Assembly: GCA_038128265.1 (NCBI GenBank)
Contig: JAYPJE010000081.1
Span: 1 to 14,668, forward strand
DNA: 14,668 nucleotides
Direction of reading: 5' to 3'
Source: Gemmatimonadota bacterium
GTDB lineage: Bacteria > Latescibacterota > UBA2968 > UBA8231
Shown: positions 1 through 7,562 of the stretch, piece by piece
Numbering within the stretch: the stretch's first letter is position 1
Layout of the letters: the number at the start of each line of letters is the position of its first letter
Notes under the pieces: model-generated
The model's input: the letters and a program-made list of their open reading frames with translations, nothing else
What the model was told of the DNA's origin: nothing
Databases searched by the model: none
Position numbers and translations under genes: made by a program

Positions 1-77
1 GCGCTGCTCACATACAGTCGCACGCCCCGTAAACAGCCGGAATAGCGCAGCAGCAGCATCTTACCGACGCCGAGAAA

Positions 78-148
78 CCCATCTCAATCAAACGACAGTA
101 ATGGGTTCAGCTAACAAGATCACACCCTCTGCCATAGCGCCCATCTCA
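78..148 (+). repeat. Direct repeat CCCATCTCA (78-86 and 140-148); third copy at 7980-7988
   Basis: Exact 9-mer matches read from the sequence; the copies at 78 and 7980 extend to CCCATCTCAA. Function unknown. Confidence 0.45.
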
Positions 149-233
149 GCAGTATGCCGACTAAGCGCGCACTTTACAGCACGGGTCTTTCCATACAACA
201 GGGCCGTGCTGCGCCCCTTTGCGCCCGGCGCAG

Positions 234-262
234 TTGACAAAGGTCGCGCGCCGTTCTATAGG
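234..262 (+). promoter_or_regulatory. Putative sigma70-type promoter of the 300..4260 gene block
   Basis: Perfect -35 TTGACA at 234-239, 17-bp spacer, TATAGG at 257-262 (4/6 match to TATAAT). GGGGAG Shine-Dalgarno ends about 6 nt before ATG 300. Confidence 0.55.
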
Positions 263-299
263 TTCTGAGAGCATGGGTTAAATACTACGGGAGCTAACT

Positions 300-1439
300 A
301 TGAAAATCAAAGACGTTCGCATTATTCCCCTGGTCGGTGCCACCCCCGACGGCGGCTGGGATCAGGGCTTTGAGGAAGAGGATAATTTACATTCGCTGAT
401 TGAAATTATCAGCGACGAAGGCGTCGTCGGCCTCGGCAGCGTCTACACATCGGCCAAGCTGGTCGAAGGGGCGCTCGGCATCCTGCGCCCGATGCTGATT
501 GGAGAGAGCGCCATCGAGCCGGTGCGCGTGTGCGAGAACTTGCACCAGTCGACCTTTTGGCAGGGCCGCGGTGGCTCGATCACCCACGCCATTTCCGGCA
601 TCGACATCGCCCTGTGGGATATTTTTGGCAAGGTGACGGGCCAGCCGATTAGCCGCCTGCTCGGCGGGCGCTACCGCGACAAGATTAAACCCTACGGTTC
701 GCTGCTGATGACCGAGCCAGAAAACCTGCCGCCGCGTCTCGAAGACGCCGTGCAGCGCGGTTTCAAAGCCATCAAAATGGGCTGGGGGCCCTTTGGTCGC
801 GTATCGGCGGCCATGGACGAGGCCATCGTCAAAACAGCGCGCGAAACCGTCGGCCCGGACGTGGAGATCATGGTCGATGCCGGCGGCTCCGACCGCTACT
901 GGCCGCACGGCTATAAATGGGCGCTGGAAACGGCCAAAATGCTGAGCCAGTACGACGTGACCTGGTTTGAAGAGGCGCTGCGACCCGACGACCTGCAGGG
1001 CTTTATCAAGCTAACGGAGCACGCCCCGCTGCCCATTACCTCCTGCGAGGTCATCACCCGACGCCAGGCCTTTATGCCGTGGATTGAACAGCGGGCCGTT
1101 GACTATATCCAACCGGACGTGACCAAAGTGGGCGGCATTTCCGAAGAGTACCGCATCGCCATGCACGCCTACGATCACTCGATTCTCTTCGTGCCGCACG
1201 GCTGGAATACCGCCGTTGGCCTGGCTGCCGACCTGCAGTTGGTCGCCGCCGTGCCCACGGCGCGCTGGGTAGAGTACATCACCCCCGCCCCCTATATTGA
1301 GGACTTGGTCGAGGAGCCCTACACCTTGGACGAAGACGGACTGCTGACCATACCGGAAGGACCGGGCCTAGGTGTTGCCTGGAGCAGCGAAGGCGTAGAG
1401 AAGTTTTCCGGTATGAAGCTGACGCCGTCGACGCTGTAA
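300..1439 (+). CDS. Mandelate racemase/muconate lactonizing enzyme family protein (enolase superfamily, MR subgroup; probable acid-sugar dehydratase)
   Basis: 379 aa. Signature AISGIDIALWDIFGKVTGQPISRLLGG, metal-ligand segments MVDAG / WFEEAL / TSCE, QPD and VPHGW (Asp-His dyad), C-terminal PEGPGLG. Good SD. Confidence 0.95.
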   Translation: MKIKDVRIIPLVGATPDGGWDQGFEEEDNLHSLIEIISDEGVVGLGSVYTSAKLVEGALGILRPMLIGESAIEPVRVCENLHQSTFWQGRGGSITHAISGIDIALWDIFGKVTGQPISRLLGGRYRDKIKPYGSLLMTEPENLPPRLEDAVQRGFKAIKMGWGPFGRVSAAMDEAIVKTARETVGPDVEIMVDAGGSDRYWPHGYKWALETAKMLSQYDVTWFEEALRPDDLQGFIKLTEHAPLPITSCEVITRRQAFMPWIEQRAVDYIQPDVTKVGGISEEYRIAMHAYDHSILFVPHGWNTAVGLAADLQLVAAVPTARWVEYITPAPYIEDLVEEPYTLDEDGLLTIPEGPGLGVAWSSEGVEKFSGMKLTPSTL

Positions 1440-1503
1440 TCGCTAAGTCAAAGAATATTACAACGCTAATAGAGCCGCCTAACGCGGCAGCGGGAGACTC
1501 GCT

Positions 1504-2775
1504 ATGAGCTCAAAAATTCCCTTGGCCATCATCGGCTGCGGCGGCATGGGCCACCGCCACATGTACGGCCTGGCCGAGCTGCAGGAATCCGGCCTTTCGC
1601 CCTTCGAACTAGTCGGCGCCTGCGATCCCAATCTCGACAACGCCAACTCGCTGGCCGACCAAGCGCTCGAGCGCCTCGGCACGCGACCCCAAGCCGTTGC
1701 CAGTCTGGAAGAGCTGGCCAAGTTGGGCGACGTGCAGGCCGTCGATATCTGCACCCTACCAGCGCACCACCACAGCGTCGCCGTCGAAGCGATGGAACGC
1801 GGCTGGCACGCCCTCTGTGAAAAACCGGTCGGCCTGACTGCGCGCGCCTGCAAGCTCATGCGCGAAGCGGCCGAGCGCACGGGGTGCATTCTCTCGGTGG
1901 CGGAAAACTACCGACGCGATCCGGTCAACCGACTGGCCAAAGCCCTGCTCGACGCCGGCGTTATTGGCACGCCGCGCCTGATGCTGCACAACACCATCGG
2001 CGGCAGCAACCGCATGCTGATCTCCGTCTGGCGCCACCAGAAAAACGCCAGCGGCGTGCTGCTAGACGTCGGCGTGCACTTCACCGACATAATGGAGTTT
2101 TTCCTCGGCGATGCGCTCAGCGTATACGCGCAGACGCGCCTGCACGAAAAGACGCGCCTCAATCCCATGTCGGGCAGCACCGGCTCACACCAGATTTCCT
2201 CTTCGCAGGTCTACGCGCGCTGGCAAAAGGATATGCCGGCCGAGTTTGAAGCCACGGCCGACGACGCCAGCTACTCGACGATTCTCTTTAAAAACGGCGC
2301 CGTCGCCCAGTACATCGAGGACCACGCCGCGCGCGGCGAGGGCATGTGGAAACGCGCCATTTACGGCGGCCTCGGTTCGATGGACCTACCCGGCGACCGC
2401 TCGGGGCGCCGCATGAAGCTGCACCGCGAGGGCGAAGAGTCGATTGACGACGCGCGCCTGCTCGAATTGGTGCCCGATTTCCACCTTGACGAAGCCACCG
2501 CCACCCTTTTTGGCGGCGAGCGACTCTTTGAGTACGACCTCGAGTTCCAGCTGACAGACCGCAAGTTGATCGCCGTCGAATACTGGGAGCTAGGCCAGTG
2601 CATTGAGCGGGGCATCAAGCCCGAGGTCGACATCGTGCAAGGCGCGCGCTCCGTCGCCCTGGCCTACGCCTGGATGGAGTCGCAGCAGGCGGGGCGCGCC
2701 GTAACCGTCGACGAAGTGTACGAGGATCAACTCAACGCCTATCAGGCTGAAATCAACGAAAGTATGGGCATTTAA
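1504..2775 (+). CDS. Gfo/Idh/MocA family NAD(P)-dependent oxidoreductase
   Basis: 423 aa. N-terminal Rossmann AIIGCGGMG, HALCEKPV motif, VAENYRRDP, GVLLDVGVHFTD (DxxxH). GGGAG SD at 1492-1496. Confidence 0.95.
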   Translation: MSSKIPLAIIGCGGMGHRHMYGLAELQESGLSPFELVGACDPNLDNANSLADQALERLGTRPQAVASLEELAKLGDVQAVDICTLPAHHHSVAVEAMERGWHALCEKPVGLTARACKLMREAAERTGCILSVAENYRRDPVNRLAKALLDAGVIGTPRLMLHNTIGGSNRMLISVWRHQKNASGVLLDVGVHFTDIMEFFLGDALSVYAQTRLHEKTRLNPMSGSTGSHQISSSQVYARWQKDMPAEFEATADDASYSTILFKNGAVAQYIEDHAARGEGMWKRAIYGGLGSMDLPGDRSGRRMKLHREGEESIDDARLLELVPDFHLDEATATLFGGERLFEYDLEFQLTDRKLIAVEYWELGQCIERGIKPEVDIVQGARSVALAYAWMESQQAGRAVTVDEVYEDQLNAYQAEINESMGI

Positions 2776-3585
2776 TTGGCGGCCATTCTCTGTCCGAGCT
2801 GTCATAAACTCGTCAGCCAAGACGCCGAGACCTGCCCCCACTGCGGTCAGCGCAAACCGGGATTATGGGGCCTGACTTCTGCGGTGCGCAAACTCGGCGT
2901 TCGCGTCGATTTTCCCAACGTCATCGTCGGTCTCTGCATCGCGCTCTACGTGCTCGGCCTGCTGCTCGACCCGGGCGCCCTATTCGGCAACTTTAGCAAT
3001 CCACTGCGCTTTCTGTCTCCTAGCATGGAATCGAGCTTTGCGCTGGGCATGACCGGCAGCCAGCCCATTTTTGGCTACGGTCTGTGGTGGACGCCGATCA
3101 CCGCCATCTATCTGCACGGCGGCCTGCTGCACATCTTCTTTAACGCAATGTGGATTCGCCAGCTAGGGCCCCTCGTCGAAGAGCTCTTCGGGCCATTCCG
3201 CCTCTTCATCATTTTTACCGTAGCCGGCATTGTCGGCTTTATTGCCTCGGCCCTGTTTGGCAGCGCCTTCACGCTGGGCGCATCCGGCTCGATCTTCGGC
3301 CTGCTGGCCGCCGCCATCGCCTACGGCCGCCGCGTCGGTTCGAGCCTATTCACGCGCCAGTTTATGCAGTGGGCCGGGCTCATTTTTATCATGGGCTTTA
3401 TTATGCCCGGCGTCGACAATTGGGCGCACGGCGGCGGCTTCGTCGGCGGCTATATCACCGCATCGCTGCTGGGTAGCACCGTCGAACGCGAGGGCATCGC
3501 GGCCTACGTAGGCGCCGGCCTCTGCGCGCTGGCCACGGTGGGTGCCTTTCTACTGCAGCTGCTGGCTGTGTGGGGCTTGCTCTAA
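2776..3585 (+). CDS. Rhomboid-family intramembrane serine protease with N-terminal zinc ribbon
   Basis: 269 aa from a TTG start directly after the upstream TAA. CPSC-x10-CPHC at the N-terminus, YLHGGLLHIFFN (HxxxN), catalytic GASG and NWAHGGG, several hydrophobic helices. Confidence 0.92.
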   Translation: MAAILCPSCHKLVSQDAETCPHCGQRKPGLWGLTSAVRKLGVRVDFPNVIVGLCIALYVLGLLLDPGALFGNFSNPLRFLSPSMESSFALGMTGSQPIFGYGLWWTPITAIYLHGGLLHIFFNAMWIRQLGPLVEELFGPFRLFIIFTVAGIVGFIASALFGSAFTLGASGSIFGLLAAAIAYGRRVGSSLFTRQFMQWAGLIFIMGFIMPGVDNWAHGGGFVGGYITASLLGSTVEREGIAAYVGAGLCALATVGAFLLQLLAVWGLL

Positions 3586-3594
3586 ACGCACGCC

Positions 3595-4260
3595 ATGAGC
3601 AGCGCCGAACGCATAGCCCTGTTTGACGCCGACGGGCGCGCTGTAGGTGCCGACAAGCGCGCCAATGCCTATGCGCGCGGCGAGCGCGTTGGCCTGGTCT
3701 TTGTCTGGGCGATATGGACGGACGCTGCGGGTGTTGGACACATGCTACTGCAGACGCGCGGACGGGCCGGGGACCCTTACTTAGGCAGTCTGGACGCCGC
3801 TGCCGGAGGACACATCGGGGAAGGCGAACACCCCGACCAGGCCGCCGCCCGCGAATTCTCCGAAGAGGTGGGTATCCCGTTAGAGAGCGATGAGCTGGTT
3901 TATTTGGGCCACTGTGCACTGGAAGACACGCGCGCGGGCACGCCGCGCCGCGCCATGCAGTTCTTCTACGCGTGCACGCGCCCAATAAACCTGAGCGAAG
4001 CCGTTTTTAGCGAAGAGGTCAGCGCCTTTGTCCAGGTCACGCTAGACGATTTTACCGCGCTGGCAGACGGCACCGCAGCGGAAATCGCCGGCACCGTGCG
4101 CCGAGCCACAGCCGCTGATCACACGGAGCCCGTCGCCGTTGCAAGCACCGCCTTTGCCGCCTATTCTCCCCCCATTATGGATGCGATACGCCGTTCGGCC
4201 CGCGCCCTGCGCCACCTGCTCGATCACGGCACGGCCGACCACTCCATCTGGCAGCGCTGA
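3595..4260 (+). CDS. NUDIX hydrolase (YfcD/IPP-isomerase-like subgroup, substrate unknown)
   Basis: 221 aa. Complete Nudix box GHIGEGEHPDQAAAREFSEEVGI (Gx5Ex7REUxEExGU), preceded by LLQTRG...YLGSLDAAAGGH. Confidence 0.9.
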   Translation: MSSAERIALFDADGRAVGADKRANAYARGERVGLVFVWAIWTDAAGVGHMLLQTRGRAGDPYLGSLDAAAGGHIGEGEHPDQAAAREFSEEVGIPLESDELVYLGHCALEDTRAGTPRRAMQFFYACTRPINLSEAVFSEEVSAFVQVTLDDFTALADGTAAEIAGTVRRATAADHTEPVAVASTAFAAYSPPIMDAIRRSARALRHLLDHGTADHSIWQR

Positions 4261-4270
4261 GCGCTCTGCC
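4250..4270. terminator. Imperfect GC-rich hairpin at the junction of two convergent genes; possible terminator or pause element
   Basis: GGCAGCGC-TGA-GCGCTCTGCC folds into an 8-bp stem with a 2-nt bulge, centred on the NUDIX stop codon. No U-tract on either strand. Confidence 0.2.
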
Positions 4271-4272
4271 CA

Positions 4273-5700
4273 TCAGGACGCCTCGTGCGTAGCCTCTATG
4301 TAGCGTGCCAACGTCCGCTGCGCCGCGCCGCCGTCAAGGGCACCGCGCGCCTGCTCGACCCCCTCGTGCAGGCTGCGGCAAAAGCCCAGATAGTAGTCGA
4401 CCGCTCCCGCGCTAAGCGCAATGCGATCGTAGGACGGCCCCTTGGCGCCGCTGAGCGCGCGCATGCCCTCGCGCGCAAAGGCCAGAGCGCTGACCTCTTC
4501 GGCGCGTGGGCTCTGCTCGTAGACTAGACCGACATCGCGCGGCTGCACGTCTTCGGCCCAGAGCTGCTGCCCGCAAAACCCCTCCGTGTAGTTGATGGCT
4601 TTGCGCTCGGCATCGGACGGCTTGCCCAAGCGCAATCCGTAGTGCGAGCTGCCCTCTTCGCCTTTTATTGCCAAACCCGCATCACAGCCGCGCGCGCGCA
4701 GCATATCGAGCAATTTGCGCTCGTAGCCGCTGTGATAAAAACCGAGCACGGCGCAGTTGCGCCCGCTGCAGCGGTAGAGCTGCTGTGCCTTCTCCGTGGT
4801 CGCCCACGGCGGCCGCTTCTGTATATGCGCGCGCAGCGCGCGCAGCGCATAGGCACCCGGCGCATACGCGCGCTGGCTCACGTAGACCATGCCGAGCTCT
4901 TCCAACAGGCCGACGCCCCCTTGCAGCGACACATCGACGCGTGCGCCCAGCGCACGCAGGATCTGCTCCTCGGTCACGCCCTCTTTGGGCGGCATACAGT
5001 CCACGCCGTGCAGCACGGTGGGGCGACCTAGCGCAGCGCGCACGGCGGCGACAAAGAGCGTCGGGCGGAAGTAGCGCAGCGCCCCGTCAAAGGGTTCGCC
5101 CAAGTGCGTCAGCGACGGCGCGTTCGCGCTCAGCACCGCCTCTGCCGGCAGAACGGCGTCTAAATAAGCGCGCACCTCCTCGTCGTCTTCTATGTTCATG
5201 CGTTGCCCGATAAGAAAGGCCGCAGCCCACTCGGCGCGCACGCGGCCGTCCAGTATGTCGCGCAGCGCGGAACGCGTTTCTTCGTAGCTGATATGGCGCC
5301 CCTTCAGCACGTGTCGCAATGCATCCACTACGCGCTCTTCGCCGTCGGCAACAGTCATGTCGCCATCACCGTCAAAAACAAAGCGCAGCGATGGGGGCAT
5401 ATCTGCCAGTTCGCAGTGGGCGTGACCAAAGGCAGCGCGCTCGGCATCTGACCAGCCAGTTTTCTGGCCAAACGTGCGCCGTATACACATCGCCGCAAAA
5501 AACGCACCCATCTGCGCGCGAGAAACGCATTCACCGTCCGGCTCTGCTCCGCGCAGGGACTGAAATACGAGCGCCAAGATGCGATCGGGCTGAGGGTCGT
5601 CGGCGCTTATACCGAGCGGACGACTCTGGTGCGGACCCGTACACACACGCGCCTGCGCTTCTAACACCTCCCTGTTGGGACGGCCCAATTGGTCCATCAT
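4273..5700 (-). CDS. Anthranilate phosphoribosyltransferase-like (TrpD/YbiB superfamily, glycosyltransferase family 3) protein, probably not a true TrpD
   Basis: Start placed at ATG 5700 (MMDQLGRP..., 475 aa) because AGGAGA lies 10 nt upstream on the minus strand; the ORF track extension to 5817 would overlap the divergent gene. Motifs AQMGAFFAAM, GEPFDG, TVLHG, PPKEGVT, LRAHIQKRPPWATTEK, GFYHSGY, IKGEEGS. Confidence 0.85.
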   Translation of the reverse strand: MMDQLGRPNREVLEAQARVCTGPHQSRPLGISADDPQPDRILALVFQSLRGAEPDGECVSRAQMGAFFAAMCIRRTFGQKTGWSDAERAAFGHAHCELADMPPSLRFVFDGDGDMTVADGEERVVDALRHVLKGRHISYEETRSALRDILDGRVRAEWAAAFLIGQRMNIEDDEEVRAYLDAVLPAEAVLSANAPSLTHLGEPFDGALRYFRPTLFVAAVRAALGRPTVLHGVDCMPPKEGVTEEQILRALGARVDVSLQGGVGLLEELGMVYVSQRAYAPGAYALRALRAHIQKRPPWATTEKAQQLYRCSGRNCAVLGFYHSGYERKLLDMLRARGCDAGLAIKGEEGSSHYGLRLGKPSDAERKAINYTEGFCGQQLWAEDVQPRDVGLVYEQSPRAEEVSALAFAREGMRALSGAKGPSYDRIALSAGAVDYYLGFCRSLHEGVEQARGALDGGAAQRTLARYIEATHEAS

Positions 5701-5806
5701 AACCCGCACGTCTCCTCGTTTTACCTGTCTCTGCCGCATCAAAAATGCGATGATCGTCGATCGCTCCGTTTCGCACGGATCCATATCGACCCTATGTTCT
5801 ATGCCT

Positions 5807-7510
5807 ATGCACGACAAAGAACGGCTCTACCAACGCCTTATTCAACTCGACGGCCGCAGCTATGCCACCTATAAAGAACTGCGTGGCACCTACGACTTTG
5901 GCGCGTTTGCACTCCACATCGACCACGTGCAATCCGATCCTTTTGCCGCGCCGAGCCGAATGCGCGCATGCGTTCCGCAGGCCAGCGCCGCCTATCCGCC
6001 TCACACCTACCAAAACAGCAGCCGCAGCGTCGCTCTGTCCGCCTACCTGATCGATTCGTTCGCCGCCCAAGCACGCCGCCACACACAGCGCAGCGGGTCG
6101 GGCTACAGCGGTCTTATCGAGATTGCTACACCCGGCCAACTGCTGCTTGAACGCAGTGCTATGCGCATCGACTCCACGGGCGTGGAGGCGCGTTTCACAG
6201 TCGGGCTTCCGGCGACCGGGCGCCGCGCGTTGGGGCGCCAAGCGGCCCACCTGCTGTGCGAATTGCTGCCAGAGATCATTGAAAACGCGCTGCGTTATGC
6301 AGCCAACGATGCCGAGGAAATAGAGCGCTATATCACCGCGGGCGAAGACGCTGATATCCTGCGCACACAGCTGCGCGCGCGCGGGCTCGTGGCCTTTGTC
6401 GCCGACGGCAGCGTGCTGCCGCGCCGTTCGGGCATTGACGACCGCCCCCTAGCAGGCGCCGTGCCCTTTCTCAGTCCCCCATCGCTGCGCGTCGAATTTG
6501 ACCTGCCAAACGCCGGCCGCGTATCGGGCATGGGCGTGCGCGAAGGCGTCACGCTTATCGTCGGAGGCGGCTTTCACGGCAAATCGACCCTGCTCCGCGC
6601 CCTCGAGCGCGGCATATATAATCACCGGCCCGACGACGGACGCCAGCGCGTCGTATGCGAAGCCAGCGCCGTCAAGATTCGCGCCGAAGATGGGCGCTCC
6701 ATAGCCGGAGTCGATATCTCCCCATTTATAAACGAACTGCCCATGGGACGCGACACCACCTGCTTTAGCAGTGCCAACGCGTCGGGATCTACTTCTCAAG
6801 CAGCCTATATCGCCGAGGCCATGGAGGCCGGTGCGCGCACTCTACTCGTCGACGAGGACACGGCGGCGACTAATTTTATGATCCGCGACGAGCGCATGCA
6901 GCAGCTGGTTTCCCACGAACCCATTACGCCCCTTGTTGACCGCGTGCACGCACTGTACAGAGAGCGTGGTATATCGACAGTATTAGCGATGGGCGGCAGC
7001 GGCGACTACCTCGACGTAGCCGACTGCGTTATTGCGATGGAAGATTACCTGCCGCGCGATGTAACCAAACGGGCGCGCACCATTGCAGCAGCCCATCCAA
7101 CAGCGCGAAAAGCGGCCACGGCGCATCCATTGGCTATACGAGAGCGCATACCCCAGCCACACAGCATGGACGCACGGCGCGGTAAGCGCTCGCTCGATGC
7201 GCGCACGCGCGGCGATCACTGTGTGCTCTTTGGCCGGGAAACCATCGACCTGAACGGCGTCGAACAGCTCGTTGACGGCGGCCAAACTCGTGCCATTGCC
7301 CGCGCGCTTCTCTATGCACGGACACACTACATAGACGGACGACGTTCGCTGGCCGATGTGCTCGATGCCGTAGAGCGCGATCTAGCCGAACGCGGTCTCG
7401 ATGCGCTGGATGATCGATGCTTAGGCGATCTGACCCATTTTCGCCGCCAAGAGTTGGCCGCGGCGATCAACCGATTGCGTTCGCTCCAGGTGCTCCAGAT
7501 CGAAGCATAG
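5807..7510 (+). CDS. Predicted soluble ABC-class ATPase (PF09818 ABC_ATPase / MRB1590-like)
   Basis: About 567 aa; start at ATG 5807 or 5801. Family motifs LDGRSYATYKEL, HVQSDPFAAPSR, FVADGSVLPRRSG, Walker A GGGFHGKST, IRAEDGR, NASGSTSQA, Walker B LLVDEDTAATNFMIRD, GGSGDY, terminal AAINRLR. No transmembrane segments. Confidence 0.9.
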   Translation: MHDKERLYQRLIQLDGRSYATYKELRGTYDFGAFALHIDHVQSDPFAAPSRMRACVPQASAAYPPHTYQNSSRSVALSAYLIDSFAAQARRHTQRSGSGYSGLIEIATPGQLLLERSAMRIDSTGVEARFTVGLPATGRRALGRQAAHLLCELLPEIIENALRYAANDAEEIERYITAGEDADILRTQLRARGLVAFVADGSVLPRRSGIDDRPLAGAVPFLSPPSLRVEFDLPNAGRVSGMGVREGVTLIVGGGFHGKSTLLRALERGIYNHRPDDGRQRVVCEASAVKIRAEDGRSIAGVDISPFINELPMGRDTTCFSSANASGSTSQAAYIAEAMEAGARTLLVDEDTAATNFMIRDERMQQLVSHEPITPLVDRVHALYRERGISTVLAMGGSGDYLDVADCVIAMEDYLPRDVTKRARTIAAAHPTARKAATAHPLAIRERIPQPHSMDARRGKRSLDARTRGDHCVLFGRETIDLNGVEQLVDGGQTRAIARALLYARTHYIDGRRSLADVLDAVERDLAERGLDALDDRCLGDLTHFRRQELAAAINRLRSLQVLQIEA

Positions 7511-7562
7511 AAGACTCATTATGCGTATATTTCTTCCTGGAACTAACACTTAGGAGATAGCT

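Noticed and set aside
47..58. (GCA)4 trinucleotide run
   Set aside because: Too short to indicate a functional or phase-variable repeat in GC-rich DNA.
1..144. Possible divergent CDS starting on the minus strand near the left edge
   Set aside because: ATG 144/135 stops after 18 codons and ATG 82 after 24. ATG 59 (MLLLRYSGC...) stays open to the edge but is too short and has no SD or recognisable motif.
3595..4260. Isopentenyl-diphosphate isomerase (idi)
   Set aside because: It has a full Nudix box but lacks the type-1 IDI catalytic Cys motif (position reads AAAGGH) and the N-terminal His ligands.
4273..5700. Gene symbol trpD or ybiB
   Set aside because: GTGGD loop is missing, there is an extra N-terminal domain and no trp context; orthology cannot be supported.
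5675..5817. Apparent head-to-head overlap of the 514-aa and 611-aa ORFs
   Set aside because: Artefact of longest-ORF calling; the SD and family N-termini support starts at 5700 (-) and 5801/5807 (+).
5807..7510. ABC-class ATPase as the motor of the downstream transporter, or as a defence ATPase
   Set aside because: The transporter has its own ATPase at 8012-8746, and no nuclease, toxin or other effector gene is adjacent.
7526..7531. TATATT -10 element upstream of the lipoprotein
   Set aside because: No matching -35 or extended -10; plausible but not supportable from sequence alone.
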